Shown: positions 1 through 11,935 of the stretch, in pieces | How positions within the stretch are numbered: position 1 is the stretch's first letter | Layout of the letters: every line of letters starts with the position of its first letter | Source of the DNA: Thecamonas trahens ATCC 50062 | Taxonomy: Eukaryota; Protista; Apusomonadida | Direction of reading: 5' to 3' | DNA length: 64,000 nucleotides | Assembly: GCF_000142905.1 (NCBI RefSeq) | Contig: NW_013657632.1 | Location: 124,001-188,000 of the forward strand | Position numbers and translations under genes: made by a program | The notes under the pieces: generated by a model | Told to the model about the DNA's origin: nothing | Seen by the model: only the letters and a program-made list of their open reading frames with translations | Databases searched by the model: none

Positions 1-414
1 ATGCGCACGAAGATGAGCCCCGATGGTCCCGTAGCCACCGGCATACACCGGGAGCGTTCCCCCTGCAGGACCAGCACCAGCAGGCGCCTCTCCAGGCAGC
101 AGCGCGCCGCCCGAGTGCAGCCCTGTGCCCGAGTGCAGCGTACCCGGGGTGGATGCCTCCGAGTTGAGCGAGAGCGATGACGGCGGGGTCCTCAAGAGCG
201 AGGGGCGCGACGGGGCGGCGTAGGGCGAAGGGACTGGAGCATAGGGTGCGGGAGCATATGGGTTGTTTGACGTCGCCGAGCCTGCCACTCCTCCCGTGTG
301 CGCCAGCGGAGGCGAGTCCGACACAGCAGGCTCACCGCCAAAGGTCTTGCGCTTGATGGGCGAGGTGGGGTTGATTGACGGCGGGGTGTGCAGGGCACGC
401 CGCGGGGAGGACAT
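1..414 (-). CDS. Hypothetical protein, N-terminal part (runs off the left edge)
   Basis: Manual translation from gccATG at 414: MSSPRRALHTPPSINPTSPIKRKTFGG...; open for 138 codons to the window edge; Pro/Ser-rich; absent from the ORF track because no stop lies in the window. Confidence 0.6.
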   Translation of the reverse strand, partial: MSSPRRALHTPPSINPTSPIKRKTFGGEPAVSDSPPLAHTGGVAGSATSNNPYAPAPYAPVPSPYAAPSRPSLLRTPPSSLSLNSEASTPGTLHSGTGLHSGGALLPGEAPAGAGPAGGTLPVYAGGYGTIGAHLRAH

Positions 415-492
415 GGCGAGAGGGGAGGGAGGGGTACAGGGCGATGGGTGGTGGTGGTAGTGGTGGTGGTGGTAGTAATGGGAGTGGGAGTG

Positions 493-748
493 GTGTGTGT
501 GTGTGTGTGTGTGTGAGGAAGGGGGGTGGAGGGGAGAGGCAGGCAGTGGGTGGGGGTAGGCGGGGAAGGGGAGTTGCTGGCGTGGCACGAGGCAACGGCA
601 GCATGACTGGCACTTTGGGTGGGGCGGGAGGGGGGGGTGGGAGGAGGGGGGGGGAGATGGTGTCTGGTGATACGTAGGGATCGGAAACGGAGAGACAGGG
701 TAGAATTCCTTGTATGATGGGGGTATGTGTGAGTATATGATGTGTATG

Positions 749-792
<44 letters not shown>

Positions 793-830
793 TGTGTGTG
801 ATGTGTGTGATATTTGATGTGTGTGTGAGT
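493..830. repeat. (GT)n microsatellites and G-rich low-complexity tract
   Basis: Long GT runs near 493-514 and 750-790, with G runs between them. Confidence 0.9.
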
Positions 831-1284
831 GTGGTCATGATCAGCATGTGTGTCCCTTGTGTCGGGGGGGAAGGGAGGGCGGGGAGGGAGGGTGGAGAGG
901 AAAGCAGACATAGCTGGTGTCAGACGTGGTGGTGGTGGTGGTGATGGTGGTTGCACACTCGACTCTGGTGGGCAAGTGCGAGTCTGTCTGGGCTTGGGCT
1001 GTGCTCTGCTTGTCTGTGGTCTACCGTCTAAGTCTGTTGGCTCTGGTTGTCGTCACCTAGTCCGTGGTTGTCGCCGCCTGTGGCGCCTGTGGTCGTCGCC
1101 TCCTTTGGTCATTGTCGCCACCTTGCAATCATTGTCGCCGCCACCTGTGGTCGTTACTATCTTACTGTGACCGCGTTGCAGGCAGGATTGATCTGATCGT
1201 GTGGCTCACTTGCTGCGACGGCACTGTGATTGCACGCGTCGTCATCACGGAGAGCGTGTCGGTTGCCTGTGCCGAGTCGGAGCT

Positions 1285-2163
1285 ATGTCGCGGGAGACGG
1301 GGTTCGCGCAGGAATCAGAGTCGTCGGCTCGGTTGACGTATCCAGCATCGGACGGCACTATTCGAGTCTCGTTCTCCGAGTATCTGCGTGCATGGGCGTC
1401 GATGGCTACGGCAGGTCCGGGGTCAGACGTGCTAGGTCCGGGGTCGGACGTGCTGGCTGCGGGACCTCGGCCCGAGTTGGCAAGCAGTGCTCCAGTGCAG
1501 TTCCAGACTAGAGCTGAAGCTGCTCATCCGTACGTCCGCCAGCTGGTGCGTGGCCGCTTTGCTCCGCCGCCACCACAACGAGTGGACCCTGTCAAGTTTC
1601 GCAAGAAACGCATGGCGCAGATGCGGTCTATGTACCGCACTGGCGCGGCAGCATCGCGGAACTGGGGCGACGCTGGCTCGGCATCGCCGGGCTCCGCCTC
1701 TCCATCGTCGCTGCTATCGCCGTCGCTCTCGCCATCGCTCTCACCGACGTATTCTCCGTCGCACTTGCCTTCGCACATGCTGTTCATCTCGACCTCTGTC
1801 TCTGACAACGACGAGGACTCGTGCTCGGACAGCTGCCCCGAGTCGTCGAGTGGAGTGCTGCCGGTGCCAAGCCTGCCGATGCCGATTCACGCCGGAGTGC
1901 CTCCTGAAGACGATGAGCGCCAGGTGTTTATCACCTCGCTGGAGGAGCGCCGGAGGCGGCTGGGCAAGCCGGAGCGAACCATGTCGTCGCCGCTCATGGC
2001 CATCCCGTGGGACGAAAACCGGACCGGAGCGTACTACCGACTCAACCACCGGACGGGCTCGCCGGCGTCGTCTATCGTCTCCGAGTCGCTCATGACGGAG
2101 GACATGGACGAGCTGGCCGATGAGCTAGTCGAGTGGACCCAGGCTCTGCCCCACTTACAGTGA
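1285..2163 (+). CDS. Hypothetical Ser-rich protein
   Basis: First ATG of ORF 1201..2163; GC3-rich codon usage; no recognisable domain. Confidence 0.6.
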   Translation: MSRETGFAQESESSARLTYPASDGTIRVSFSEYLRAWASMATAGPGSDVLGPGSDVLAAGPRPELASSAPVQFQTRAEAAHPYVRQLVRGRFAPPPPQRVDPVKFRKKRMAQMRSMYRTGAAASRNWGDAGSASPGSASPSSLLSPSLSPSLSPTYSPSHLPSHMLFISTSVSDNDEDSCSDSCPESSSGVLPVPSLPMPIHAGVPPEDDERQVFITSLEERRRRLGKPERTMSSPLMAIPWDENRTGAYYRLNHRTGSPASSIVSESLMTEDMDELADELVEWTQALPHLQ

Positions 2164-2185
2164 GTAAACGATGAACGTGGTGGAG

Positions 2186-2959
2186 CTAAAACATGAGGTT
2201 GCTCGCTGCCATCTCGATTGAATAGTCAGCCGAGATGTACTCCTGGCGGACGACTGCCTCGTCCATCCCGGTCATGCTGGCCAGTGAAGCAATGGCATCG
2301 ATATCGGTTTCGGTCAGCTCACGCGGCTCAACCGGGACTAGCCGCTGCCGCGGCATTCTCAGCCCGCGGCGAGGTGCCTCGCCGCTTTCAAAGACAACGG
2401 CATTGAGCTCGTTGACCGCCCCGTCACTGGACACAATAGAGTTCGGGGCAATGCCCATAGTCGCGGGAGGCTGATCGTGCGACTCTGAGGCCAGGGAAGC
2501 GGGCTCAGACGGCGCAGTAGCCGCTCCGGCGGCAGACGTGCTGCTTGAAGCCACAGCAGCGACTTCAGCACCAGATAGCGCCGCCGCCAATGATGCAGCC
2601 GCGGTCACCGCCTCTTCACGGACCTCGCTTCGCGGCCTGCGTGACGGCTGTGGCGGCGGCGGCGGCGCGCCATGGAAGGCCAGAGCGTCGAGCATGGCCA
2701 CGCGATGAAGGCCAAGAACAAGACCGGCGTCAGGCTCTGCCTTGTCGAGTGCCTCAAGCACCTGGTCCAGAAACGCAGCAGGCTCCGGTGAGGCCTGCAC
2801 AGCCTCCCAAGTCGCCGCCCCCGCGGGTCCGCCAAAGACGGTGCGGACCCAGGCCAGGCCTTGGGCGCCAGCACCGCCCGTCGCCAGACTCGGCGGCCGG
2901 TTCCCCGCCACAGCCTCCACCAGCATCGCCACTACAGCCTGTCCAGCCTCGTCGCCCAT
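2186..2959 (-). CDS. Protein with a C-terminal UBA domain (RAD23 UBA2-like)
   Basis: Start MGDEAGQ; C-terminus LTETDIDAIASLASMTGMDEAVVRQEYISADYSIEMAASNLMF fits the RAD23-type UBA pattern; no UBL domain seen. Confidence 0.65.
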   Translation of the reverse strand: MGDEAGQAVVAMLVEAVAGNRPPSLATGGAGAQGLAWVRTVFGGPAGAATWEAVQASPEPAAFLDQVLEALDKAEPDAGLVLGLHRVAMLDALAFHGAPPPPPQPSRRPRSEVREEAVTAAASLAAALSGAEVAAVASSSTSAAGAATAPSEPASLASESHDQPPATMGIAPNSIVSSDGAVNELNAVVFESGEAPRRGLRMPRQRLVPVEPRELTETDIDAIASLASMTGMDEAVVRQEYISADYSIEMAASNLMF

Positions 2960-3129
2960 GGTTGCAGAAGGTCGGGCGTTTTGGAGTGGGCTGTCGTTGG
3001 CCTGGGCCCTGCCCTGGACCTGCGGTGCTGGTTGGCCATGTTGCCTGCCCTGGCCCGCCTGGCTTCTGTTGCCTTCGTTCCAATCGCCTGCGTTTGGTCG
3101 GCTATGTTTGGTGGGCGGCTGCGTTTGAT

Positions 3130-6120
3130 CTAGATGAAACCTTCTTCTTCGGACCACTCGCCGTCGTCGCCGTCAAAGGCTGCGGCGTCAAGTCCTCCGT
3201 GGAGGCCAACCGAAGCCGATGATCCAGCTGGCTGGCGTGGGTTGCCAGAAGCGTCGGTGGCTGGCGGGTGCAGCGGCGTGCGCGGCACCTTGGCTCGCTC
3301 GCCAAACGCTGCTACATACTCGTCGTAGTCGCCAGTGAGATTCGCCGGCTTGGGTGGTGGCTTGGTGACCGAGACTACAGCCTTGCCCACAATCGGAATG
3401 ACAGGATCGTCTTCTGGCGCTGGCGGCGGGAGCGCGTCAGCAAGCTCGGTCCGCTCTGGACTGGTCATCATCGTCAGCGAAGTGTCGGCAGCGTGAGGGC
3501 CTGGCGGCGTCCGCGGGATCTTGGGCCGCGAAAGTAGTGGATCCGGTGCAATACCGCCGTCTGCGTTGCTTGCGGCAGCCACTGGCTCGGAGTTGGACGC
3601 GGTCTTGTCATCGTCACCGGTTCCAGACTCGATCTCTTCGGCGAGCAGCGAGTCATCGGTTTCGATATCAACGTCGTCGTCGTCGTCATCGTTGTTGTCG
3701 TCATCGTCGTTGCTGGCGTGAGAGTCATCACTGAGTCCATCATTGCCACTGCGATCGTAGCCGCTTGCACCACGGAGCGAGTCGGATGACATCGGGCGCG
3801 AGGATGCGCGCGACGACGACCGGCGTGACGACGGGCGAGATGAGTGGCGCGATGCGGGGCGCGACGAGTGAGCCGGGGTCCGCGGGCGGGCCGGAATGGC
3901 GTCATCGTCGCTAGCGGCTTCAGTGGCAGCAGCACGGGCGGCTCGGGCCTCGTCATGCTGGGCGAGCGAGGCTTCGACGCGCTGCGACTCGTGGAGCGCC
4001 TCCTCCAGGTCGGCTAGGTATCGGGAGCAGAGGAGCTGCTCGCCTTGCAGCGTGTGCGGCGGGGGACGGAGCGACTCGGGATCCTGCTCGACAAGGTAGT
4101 CATCGGCCTGCTCCTGCTCGTCGTGGTCAACTTCGTCCTCCTCATCGTCGGAGATCATGCCGTCGGTGTCGTCAGCGTGGAGCTGGTACATGACGTGGTT
4201 GATCTGAGTGGCCAGCATTTCGTCTGCATTGTCCTTAAGGTTGAGTAGAAAGTCTTCAAGGCCGAGCTCAAAGGCAGCATCCTTGATAGCCGAGAGCGAG
4301 AGGATCGAGTAGAGCGTGCCGTTGGCGTAGGTGCGGATTTCTTCGTGGTCAAACTGGAGGAGGACCATGAGGACGGCAATAACATCGGACGCAACAGCTT
4401 CGCACTTGTTGCGGCCGGCGGAGCGGAGAGAGAGGTTCATCAGCAGGGCCGCACCGTACTCGATGGTGTACTCGGAGAGCACGTCGGGGTTGCGGAGAAT
4501 TGAGGTGAGCCAGGCAATGATGTTGAGCTCGATCATGCGCGACTGCGGCGTGCGACGGATGGAGATCTTTTGCAGTGCACCGAGCGCGTGCTGGCGGGTG
4601 AGGTTGTCGTCGGGCTCGGCAAACATGACCTGGGCAAGGACCTCGACGCACTCGGCAGTCGAGAGCAGGTACTCGCGACCGGCGGCTTCGGACGCCACAA
4701 AGTCGACCAGTCGCGCGGCGTACTCTTGCAGGTATCCATCCGAATGAAGAAGGAGATGTGCAAGGAGCGACATGCGAGTCCCGTCTGTTGCCCGAGTCTG
4801 CTCGTGGAGCGAGAACAGATCTGACTCGATGTACGACTGCATGACCCGCTTGCGAAGCGCTGCCGGCCGCGACTGGGTCAATCGCCACCGCAGCGCCTGC
4901 AGAATGAGCGTTCGCTCCTGCGCCGAGAGCGCCGACTCCGGGCCGAGGTCAGTGCGGACCTTTGTGTATGCCAGCGGTGCAAAGGTGGTGATGATAGCCA
5001 TGCCAGGGTCAGGAGCATCGTTGTCAGGGCCGACGGCGTCGTCCGAGGTGGCATCGGCGGCGGCTACCGGCGGCGCCGGACCGGGTGAGACGGGGCCACC
5101 CTGTAGCTCGGGGTCAAATGAGACCGGCGGGCGGCGCGATGAGAGTGCGTCTGGGCGAGGTCCAAGCAGCACGTCCTCGCCGCCAAGCGGAATGACGTCT
5201 GCCGAGACGAGGCGGGCAGCGAGCGCGCCCATGTACTCGGGCGAGAGTTGCGAGCCCTTGAGAAGCGCGGAGACGACATCGGTCAGCTCGCGTGAGAGCG
5301 CCAGCGTCTGCTGGTACTGCAGCGAGGCGACTTGGGCGCGGTCGTTGGCGGCGGCGACGGCAGCGGACGACGCCCCGCCGGCCTTGGCGCTCTTGCCATC
5401 GCTTGCCCCACCCACGAGCTGGGCAGACGAGTTGTGAAGAACCGCAAGCTGGGGAAGCGAAGTGGTGCGGAGGACGGCGGCGAGGAAGCGGTCGAGGCGG
5501 AGGAGCAGGCCGCCGGCCCACTCGTCGAGGAACAGCTCTCGAAACGAGGGATGCTCGGTCGGGTTGGGCACGTACGGCAGAGCGTAGTAGGCCACAAACT
5601 CGGAGGTCTTGCACAGCGCGGCGCCCTTTTTGGCCAGAAAGGCCTTGAACATGCTCATGGCTCGCGGGAGGTCGGCATCGTCGCGCGGGGTCGTGTTCCA
5701 CGAGTGCAGCGGATAGATGGCAAAGAAGATGTGGACGTAGAACTCGAGCTTGCGTGCGGTGAGGTCCTTGGCAAGCAGCGATGCCGGAAGATGCTTGCCC
5801 CACAGGCCAAAGAACTTCTTAGCATCGCCGCGCTTGAACGCCGAGAGCAGCGCGGCCTGCAGCTTGGCGTTGCGTCGCGCATTCCGGATGGCTTCCGACT
5901 GCCGGCGGCGCTTGGGCGAGAGCGGCTGGCCCTTGCGCTTGAGCTCGGCTTCGAACGCTGTCAGCGTCTCTTCAAACTCACCGTATACCAGATACTCGCG
6001 AACAATGCCATTGACGGCATCGGTATCAAACCTGGCGCCTCCTCCATCCTTGGTGCCATCTCCCTCGCTTCCCGAGCCATCGGCCCGCCGCCTGCGTCCA
6101 CGGGCGCCGGATGTACTCAT
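3130..6120 (-). CDS. ARMC9: LisH domain and armadillo repeat protein ARMC9 (ciliary)
   Basis: LisH (VNGIVREYLVYGEFEETLTAFEAE); family motifs KLEFYVHIFFAIYP, YYALPYVPNPTEHPSF, LQALRWRLT, ALGALQKISIRR, EYGAALLMNLSLRSAGR, YANGTLYSIL. Confidence 0.92.
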   Translation of the reverse strand: MSTSGARGRRRRADGSGSEGDGTKDGGGARFDTDAVNGIVREYLVYGEFEETLTAFEAELKRKGQPLSPKRRRQSEAIRNARRNAKLQAALLSAFKRGDAKKFFGLWGKHLPASLLAKDLTARKLEFYVHIFFAIYPLHSWNTTPRDDADLPRAMSMFKAFLAKKGAALCKTSEFVAYYALPYVPNPTEHPSFRELFLDEWAGGLLLRLDRFLAAVLRTTSLPQLAVLHNSSAQLVGGASDGKSAKAGGASSAAVAAANDRAQVASLQYQQTLALSRELTDVVSALLKGSQLSPEYMGALAARLVSADVIPLGGEDVLLGPRPDALSSRRPPVSFDPELQGGPVSPGPAPPVAAADATSDDAVGPDNDAPDPGMAIITTFAPLAYTKVRTDLGPESALSAQERTLILQALRWRLTQSRPAALRKRVMQSYIESDLFSLHEQTRATDGTRMSLLAHLLLHSDGYLQEYAARLVDFVASEAAGREYLLSTAECVEVLAQVMFAEPDDNLTRQHALGALQKISIRRTPQSRMIELNIIAWLTSILRNPDVLSEYTIEYGAALLMNLSLRSAGRNKCEAVASDVIAVLMVLLQFDHEEIRTYANGTLYSILSLSAIKDAAFELGLEDFLLNLKDNADEMLATQINHVMYQLHADDTDGMISDDEEDEVDHDEQEQADDYLVEQDPESLRPPPHTLQGEQLLCSRYLADLEEALHESQRVEASLAQHDEARAARAAATEAASDDDAIPARPRTPAHSSRPASRHSSRPSSRRSSSRASSRPMSSDSLRGASGYDRSGNDGLSDDSHASNDDDDNNDDDDDDVDIETDDSLLAEEIESGTGDDDKTASNSEPVAAASNADGGIAPDPLLSRPKIPRTPPGPHAADTSLTMMTSPERTELADALPPPAPEDDPVIPIVGKAVVSVTKPPPKPANLTGDYDEYVAAFGERAKVPRTPLHPPATDASGNPRQPAGSSASVGLHGGLDAAAFDGDDGEWSEEEGFI

Positions 6121-6642
6121 GTGCGAGGCGTGTACAAAGTGCAACAAACAGTAGCTCTACCGTTGCGTGTATGCACCAGAGTAGACGGTGTGGATTGAGG
6201 TGGTGTCCGTGAGTGAGGTGGTTGTCTGTGGCTATGACTATGGGTAGCCGCACGCCTCTCCTGTCCCGCGGTTGTTGGTCGGCTGTCGGCGCCAAAACAG
6301 TTCGTTGGCCATTGGCCAATCCTCGCCTGGCCACGGCCAGCTGAGCTCCTGATCGGATGTCTGCACCAAAGCCTCCTATGTCGCGTTGACGTCACAAATA
6401 CAACTTCGATACTGGCCAAACACGGGGCCTCGCCCGCATTGTCAGGCAAGGCTTGGCGTGCGTAGTGTGCCTCGATCTGTGGACGGCGCAGCGCATGATG
6501 TTACTCTCGGCCTGCCTCGACCGGCCACCGGCCACCAGCCGTCGTTCGCCGGCCACTAAGCCATCCGGCCACAGCTTGCCAACGAGCGACAAGCAACCCG
6601 TCGTCTCCCCACCCAACTCGCACACACGACCAGCGCGTCAAC

Positions 6643-8631
<1,989 letters not shown>

Positions 8632-8801
8632 GCAGAGGGAGTGTGTTAAACGCCTGCGTTGGAGTCAGAGCCAAAGTCCAGGGCAGTGCCGTGGGAGGAG
8701 AGGGGAATTGGACTCGCAACCGGCTGGCGGCCGAATCTTCACCAACCGCCCGTTTGCGGGCGTCAACTGATGACTAGCGAACACACTCCACATCAGCAAA
8801 C

Positions 8802-11056
8802 ATGGCGGACGTGACGACAGCGCTGGCGCTGGACCGCTCGTTTGGGTTTGCAGGTATGTCCTGGTCTCTCTCTCTTCCTCTCTCTCTCTCTGTGTGTGTG
8901 TGTGGCTCTGGCTGTGGCTGTGGCTATGGCTGAGCCCTTCCTTGGCGGTCAAATTTTGAAGGGAGCGGCCGTCGCGAGCCGTTGGTTGGTGGTGAGGGGG
9001 TGATGCTGTGGGGCACGGGGAGTGCGGGAGTTTGCGGGGCAAGGCAGAAGGGTGTGTGTGTGTGTGTGTGTGGAGATGAGTGCGTAAGGAAGGATACTCA
9101 TGTAAAGGTGGTTCTGTGGCTGTGCTGGACGCGCGTGTGTACGTGTGACATGGCGGGGTGGCTGGGTGCACCTACCCACTGGGCTGTGGTGGGTCACCCG
9201 GCGGGTGTACAGGAGCTGTGCCTGCGGGGCTCGTGCTGCACCCGAACCAGGAGCACATTGTGTACCCGCTCGGCTCGTCGGTAGTGGTGCGGACAATGGG
9301 GCAGGCGTCTGGTGAGCAGTTCCTTGCGGGCCACACGTCGCCAATCACCACGCTTGTGGTATCGCCGTCGGGACGGTATCTTGCGTCGGGGCAGGAGCGA
9401 TTCATGGGTCTCAAGGCCGACGTGCTTGTTTGGGACTTTGAGAGCCTCCAGCTTGTTCATCGGTTTGTTCTGCACAAGGCGGGAATCAAGGCGCTCGCGT
9501 TCTCGCCCAATGACAAGTATCTGGCGTCGCTCGGCGACGAGGACGACAACTCTGTGGTGGTGTGGGACCTGGAGGCCGGGGCGGCCATTTGCGGGGCGCC
9601 GGCGTCGATGGGCTCGTCGGGCGTGGCGCACACGCTTGCGTGGCTTCATGGATCCGAGACCTCGTTTGTGTCTGGAGGTGAGTACACGCTCCGCAAGTGG
9701 GAGCTCGACCTGAGCATTCGCAAGCTGCGGGCCGAGGAGGGCCGGCTTGGGCAGCTCAAGCGGATCATCGACACGCTTGTGGTTGCGCCAGGTGACGCTG
9801 GTGTGTACTGCGGCACGTCGACCGGCGACGTGCTGTACGTCTCGCTTGATACGATGCTCTTTCGGGTGTCGGGCCCGAAGAAGCCGTTCCCCAAGGGCGT
9901 CACGGCGCTGGCGCTCACACGGCACGCCGGAGTCATTGCTGGCTCTGGCGATGGCGTTCTGGCCTCGCTCTCGCCGTCGTCGCTCAAGGTGACCAAGGTG
10001 GCGCGGCTGGCGGGCGCAGTGACGTCGATTGCGCTCGACGCGTCGCACACTGCCATGTTTGTCGGCACCGCGTCGGCCAACATTTACACTGCAGTGACCG
10101 AGACGCTTGCGACTGAGCTGCGGACGACGTGCCATCCGGGCAAGGTCAACGACGTGGTGTATCCGTGCGACTACTCGGAGGTCTTTGCCACCGCAGGCCC
10201 CGAGGATGTGCGCGTGTGGAACTCTCGCACCTCTGAGGAGCTTGTCCGCATCAGCGTGCCCAACATCGAGTGCCATTGCGTCGCCTTTGCCGCCGACGGC
10301 TCGGCTATCTTCTCGGGCTGGTCTGACGGCAAGGTCCGTGCCTTTGGCCCCGAGTCGGGCACACTCCTCTTTGTCATCAACGACGCCCATCACGGCCCGG
10401 TCACCGCCATTGCGCCGTGCGCCGACGGTGAGCGCCTCATCTCGGGCGGAAAGGACGGGGAAGTCCGCGTCTGGCGGCTCATGGCCTCGTCGCAGGTCAT
10501 GGAGGCCACCATGATGGAGCATAAGGGCCCGATCTCGTCCATTCAGGTTGCTTCGAACGACATGGAGGCCATCACCGCTTCTGGCGACGGCTCGTGTATC
10601 ATCTGGGACCTGGGCTCGTTCATCCGCGTCCAAGTCATGTTCGCCCCATCGTACTTTATGGCTGCGGCGTACCACCCTGAAGAGGCGCAAGTTCTCTCGT
10701 GCGGTACAGACCGTAAGATCTGCTTCTGGGATGCCTACGACGGCTCAGCCATCCGCGAGATCGAGCTCCTCGACAACTGTGCCGCGAACTCGATCGCCAT
10801 TTTCGCCGACGGTGAGGCCTTTGTCTCGGGTGGCAACGATAAGCTGGTCAAGCTCTGGTCCTACGACGGCGGAGAGGTTATCGCCACAGGCTCGGGCCAC
10901 TCGTCCAACATTGTCAAGGTCGTCATTTCGCCCGACCAGTCAGAGATCGTTTCTATCTCCGAGGATGGCGCCGTCTTTGTCTGGGCCGTCCCCGCAGAGC
11001 TCATCGGTCCTGTCGGCGTCGGCTCACTGCGTGCTCTCGACCCTACCGCACGCTGA
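8802..11056 (+). CDS. CFAP52: Cilia- and flagella-associated WD40 protein CFAP52/WDR16; exons 8802-8853, 9213-11056; 631 aa
   Basis: Joined N-terminus LALDRSFGFAGAVPAGLVLHP; YPLGSSVV, SGRYLASGQ, GQLKRII, SEVFAT, SGWSDGKVRAFGPESG; WD repeats; GTATGT...CAG intron. Confidence 0.93.
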
Positions 11057-11935
11057 TGAATAGCCACTAGCTCGTGCCTGTCCCAAGCAAACAACACTTG
11101 CCCACAGTGGGGCTGGGCTGTCAGAGGAGTGTGTATTCACGCTCTCTGCCGAGCTCCTTGTCCGTATTCATACCACAAGCAGCTCTGCGGGAGGAACTGC
11201 GGCATCGGCGACGACGTCGGCGCTGCAGATGTCGAACAAGTCGAGCTTGTTGCTGCTCTGGAGAGCTGATCCGAGCTGGTTCCGAGGACGACGACGTGAG
11301 TGCGCAGGGCAGCTGGCTCGAACGATTGCGGTGGCGTCTCTCCAGTCGAGCCATTATAGGACCGGTAAAGGAGCCAATAATGATTCCAAGGATGAGTTTG
11401 CCACCTTTACAACTCTGTGTCCGCACGTGCCAATGTGTTGGTGGTGGAGCAAGTACGCGTGGGTGGTGGACGATCGCTAGTTGATTGTTTCTTTTGGGAT
11501 AGGGTGTTTTTCTGGACACCTTTTTTGGTGACGAGGTGTCAAGCCGCGGATGGACAGACACGGCATTGGCTCGGCGTCGACAGACTGTGGGGGAATCTTG
11601 ACGACAGACCCTGTAAGCATGATGATGAAGCACAGTTGGCAAGTACCATGCTCCCCCCCCCCCCCCCCCCTTGTGAAAGAAGAGCTGTATAGCCTGGGTG
11701 GTGGTGGGCTGTTTCAAGTGTACTCTCAAGCAGAATCCGAGAACAATTGCGGGTCAGGATCGGCACGTGCGGAGGGCATAGCTGAGACTGTGATAGCAGA
11801 TGGCAGTGGCAAAGAGGAGGAGTGGAGTCATTGGGTGGCAATGGGACACAGCACTCTCACCGCAACAGCCGACACAGCGAAGGTCTGCTTTTTTGGGACA
11901 GGTTTGCAACTTGCGCTTGTGCTCAGAGACTAGCC

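Noticed and set aside
192-956. His/Thr/Pro-rich and Val/Cys-rich ORFs
   Set aside because: Translations of (GT)n/(CA)n microsatellites and G/C runs
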